A stretch of 13,175 nucleotides of DNA from a virus: IMG/VR virus record IMGVR_UViG_3300027863_000016, positions 1 through 13,175 of that record, one strand, 5' to 3'. This document shows positions 12,029 to 13,175 of the stretch, piece by piece. Position 1 is the first letter of the stretch; the number at the start of each line of letters is the position of its first letter. The position numbers and the translations under genes were made by a program. The notes under the pieces were generated by a model. It was given only the letters and a program-made list of their open reading frames with translations, was not told the DNA's origin and searched no databases.

Positions 12029-12985
12029 TCAGAGGAACAGGTCTTCATCGGTGAACTCGTTGCCATGGACAGCGCTGGTGTCCTGGTCGGGGCATTTGTT
12101 GGGTCGGCATGGGGTCGGGCCGGGCCAGCTTGATGTTGGGAAGTTGCCCGACTGGTGGCGCGTTGCTCCAGTTGCAGATCCCTCTTCGTCTAGCCAGCCT
12201 TTGGCGTTCAACCACGTCGATGGGTATGGAATAAAGCGGCCACCTTCCCGTTTCCATGATGCGGAACGCTTGGCCCGCTCCAGCCCTGCCATGATGGCTG
12301 TGAAAAGCTGCTCGTCCGGCTTGATCTTTTCCCAGGTTTTCTCGGCCTTGCCTTTAGACTTTTTCGTGGGGTAGGCCGCCCAGAACCAGGAGAATGCTTC
12401 CTGCCGGTCAAAAACCTTACCCCCCACACCCCCCTGGTTCCTAGTTCCTGGTTTTAAGTTCCTAGTTTCGGTTATAGTTTCGGTTCCTAGTTCTAGGCCG
12501 ACGTGCGGCAGACGTGTCTCTGACGTGTCTCCGACAAGTCGGCTACATGGCAACAATTCGTCGTGGATCAAGTACCGGCATTTGTAGCGCTGCCGCTTAC
12601 CGTCCTCGTTGAACTCCTCGCACCATTCCAGCCAGGACGGAAGGGGTATGGTGGCTTTATTTGGCGGCGTCGGGTTATCAAGAGTCTGGTGCCGATGGAA
12701 ATTCACAAGGAAAAGGCACCGTTTCCCGGCGGCCATGTACGGCACCAGTTTTCCGAGCTCAACCAGTTGATCCCGCCATCCAGCCAAAACCTCGGTCGTG
12801 ACGTCTTCATCCAGAGGCGAGGCAAATAAGTGGACTTTGAACGCGAATGGACTGTCTTCAAGACAGCCTGAATCGTCCGCCAATTGCCAGAGGCCGACGT
12901 AAAACCAGCGCATATCCCGGCGCCACTGCAGTAGGTCTGGATCATTCCAGAAGGCCGCCTTGATCTGACGGTTATGCAATCTCAC
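12029..12985 (-). CDS. Replication initiator (phage replisome-organizer-like N-terminus; C-terminal FWxxYPxK...W...PxPxTWLN domain)
   Basis: The N-terminus IKAAFWNDPDLLQWRRDMRWFYVGLWQLADDSGCLED matches the replisome-organizer N-domain pattern. The C-terminus FSWFWAAYPTKKSKGKAEKTWEKI...WKREGGRFIPYPSTWLNAKGWLDE is a recurring phage/plasmid replication-protein motif. The GTG at 12985 overlaps the upstream TGA (GTGA), and an ATG at 13003 is also possible. Confidence 0.7.
   Translation of the reverse strand: MRLHNRQIKAAFWNDPDLLQWRRDMRWFYVGLWQLADDSGCLEDSPFAFKVHLFASPLDEDVTTEVLAGWRDQLVELGKLVPYMAAGKRCLFLVNFHRHQTLDNPTPPNKATIPLPSWLEWCEEFNEDGKRQRYKCRYLIHDELLPCSRLVGDTSETRLPHVGLELGTETITETRNLKPGTRNQGGVGGKVFDRQEAFSWFWAAYPTKKSKGKAEKTWEKIKPDEQLFTAIMAGLERAKRSASWKREGGRFIPYPSTWLNAKGWLDEEGSATGATRHQSGNFPTSSWPGPTPCRPNKCPDQDTSAVHGNEFTDEDLFL
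12437..12531. repeat. Iteron-like repeat array inside the initiator gene (candidate origin of replication)
   Basis: GTTCCTAGTT occurs at 12437-12446, 12458-12467 and 12483-12492. TAGTTTCGGTT occurs twice between 12463 and 12485. GACGTG-type 11-bp-phased repeats occur at 12500, 12511 and 12522, the last two as identical GACGTGTCTC. The array encodes the low-complexity linker between the two protein domains. Confidence 0.6.
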
Positions 12986-13175
12986 AGCCGACCGCCCTCC
13001 CATCCCCTCAGCCGGTCCAATGCCTCAGTCCTGGTCCGCCGGTCGCCCAGGTCGCGGAGATCAGCCTCGACCCGCTCCAGGGCCTGCATGATGGACGGCC
13101 CCCGAACGACGTCGGTCAGGGCCATCCGCCGCAAGCTGGCGGCCGTCGCAGTGAACGCAGCTTCCGGATTGACGG
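12982..13175 (-). CDS. C-terminal part of the junction-crossing 76-aa ORF (partial at the window edge; 13049-13175 duplicates 1-127)
   Basis: This is the same frame as feature 1-164 after joining the ends. The TGA at 12984-12982 overlaps the GTG start of the initiator gene. Confidence 0.5.
   Translation of the reverse strand, partial: VNPEAAFTATAASLRRMALTDVVRGPSIMQALERVEADLRDLGDRRTRTEALDRLRGWEGGRL
13049..13175. repeat. Terminal direct repeat, copy 2 (circularisation overlap)
   Basis: Identical to bases 1-127. Confidence 0.95.

Larger units (their letters stand above)
1..13048. mobile_element. One unit length of a circular, integrative, phage-derived (satellite-like) element
   Basis: The exact 127-bp overlap of the window ends gives a 13,048-bp unit. 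It contains an integrase plus an attP-like site, a replication initiator with iterons, TerS/TerL and a tape measure. An ORF is reconstituted only when the ends are joined. Confidence 0.7.

Noticed and set aside
12437-12531. CRISPR-like or tandem-repeat array
   Set aside because: The repeats are only 10-11 bp, irregularly interleaved and inside a coding region. This is consistent with iterons, not with CRISPR repeats and spacers.

Overview
The window is one 13,048-bp element read through its own junction. Bases 1-127 are identical to 13049-13175, which is the signature of a circular contig, or less likely a terminal redundancy. About 20 of 21 supported genes lie on the minus strand, tightly packed with many overlapping stop/start codons and GGAGG-type ribosome-binding sites; GTG and TTG starts are frequent. 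Reading along the minus strand, the modules are as follows. (1) An XRE repressor-like gene sits divergent from an ImmA/IrrE-like gene. (2) A recombination block contains a short serine recombinase, two Xis-type HTH genes, a small basic ORF and a tyrosine integrase. (3) An attP-like region has a tRNA 3-prime-end fragment flanked by five TGACACCT repeats. (4) A stand-alone 226-aa HTH gene has its own consensus promoter and terminator, followed by two more Xis-type HTH genes. (5) A replication block has a hidden 76-aa ORF crossing the junction and a replisome-organizer-like initiator with an internal iteron array. (6) A packaging block has small and large terminase. (7) Two small ORFs follow (one Cys-rich), then a 671-aa tail tape measure protein and a separately transcribed lipoprotein. 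I see no portal, capsid, protease, tail tube, baseplate or lysis gene, and there is no room for one. The main hypothesis is therefore an integrative, self-replicating, phage-satellite-like element. It carries its own terminase and, unusually, its own tape measure protein, and would depend on a helper phage for everything else. All family calls come from motif recognition by eye; no searches were run.
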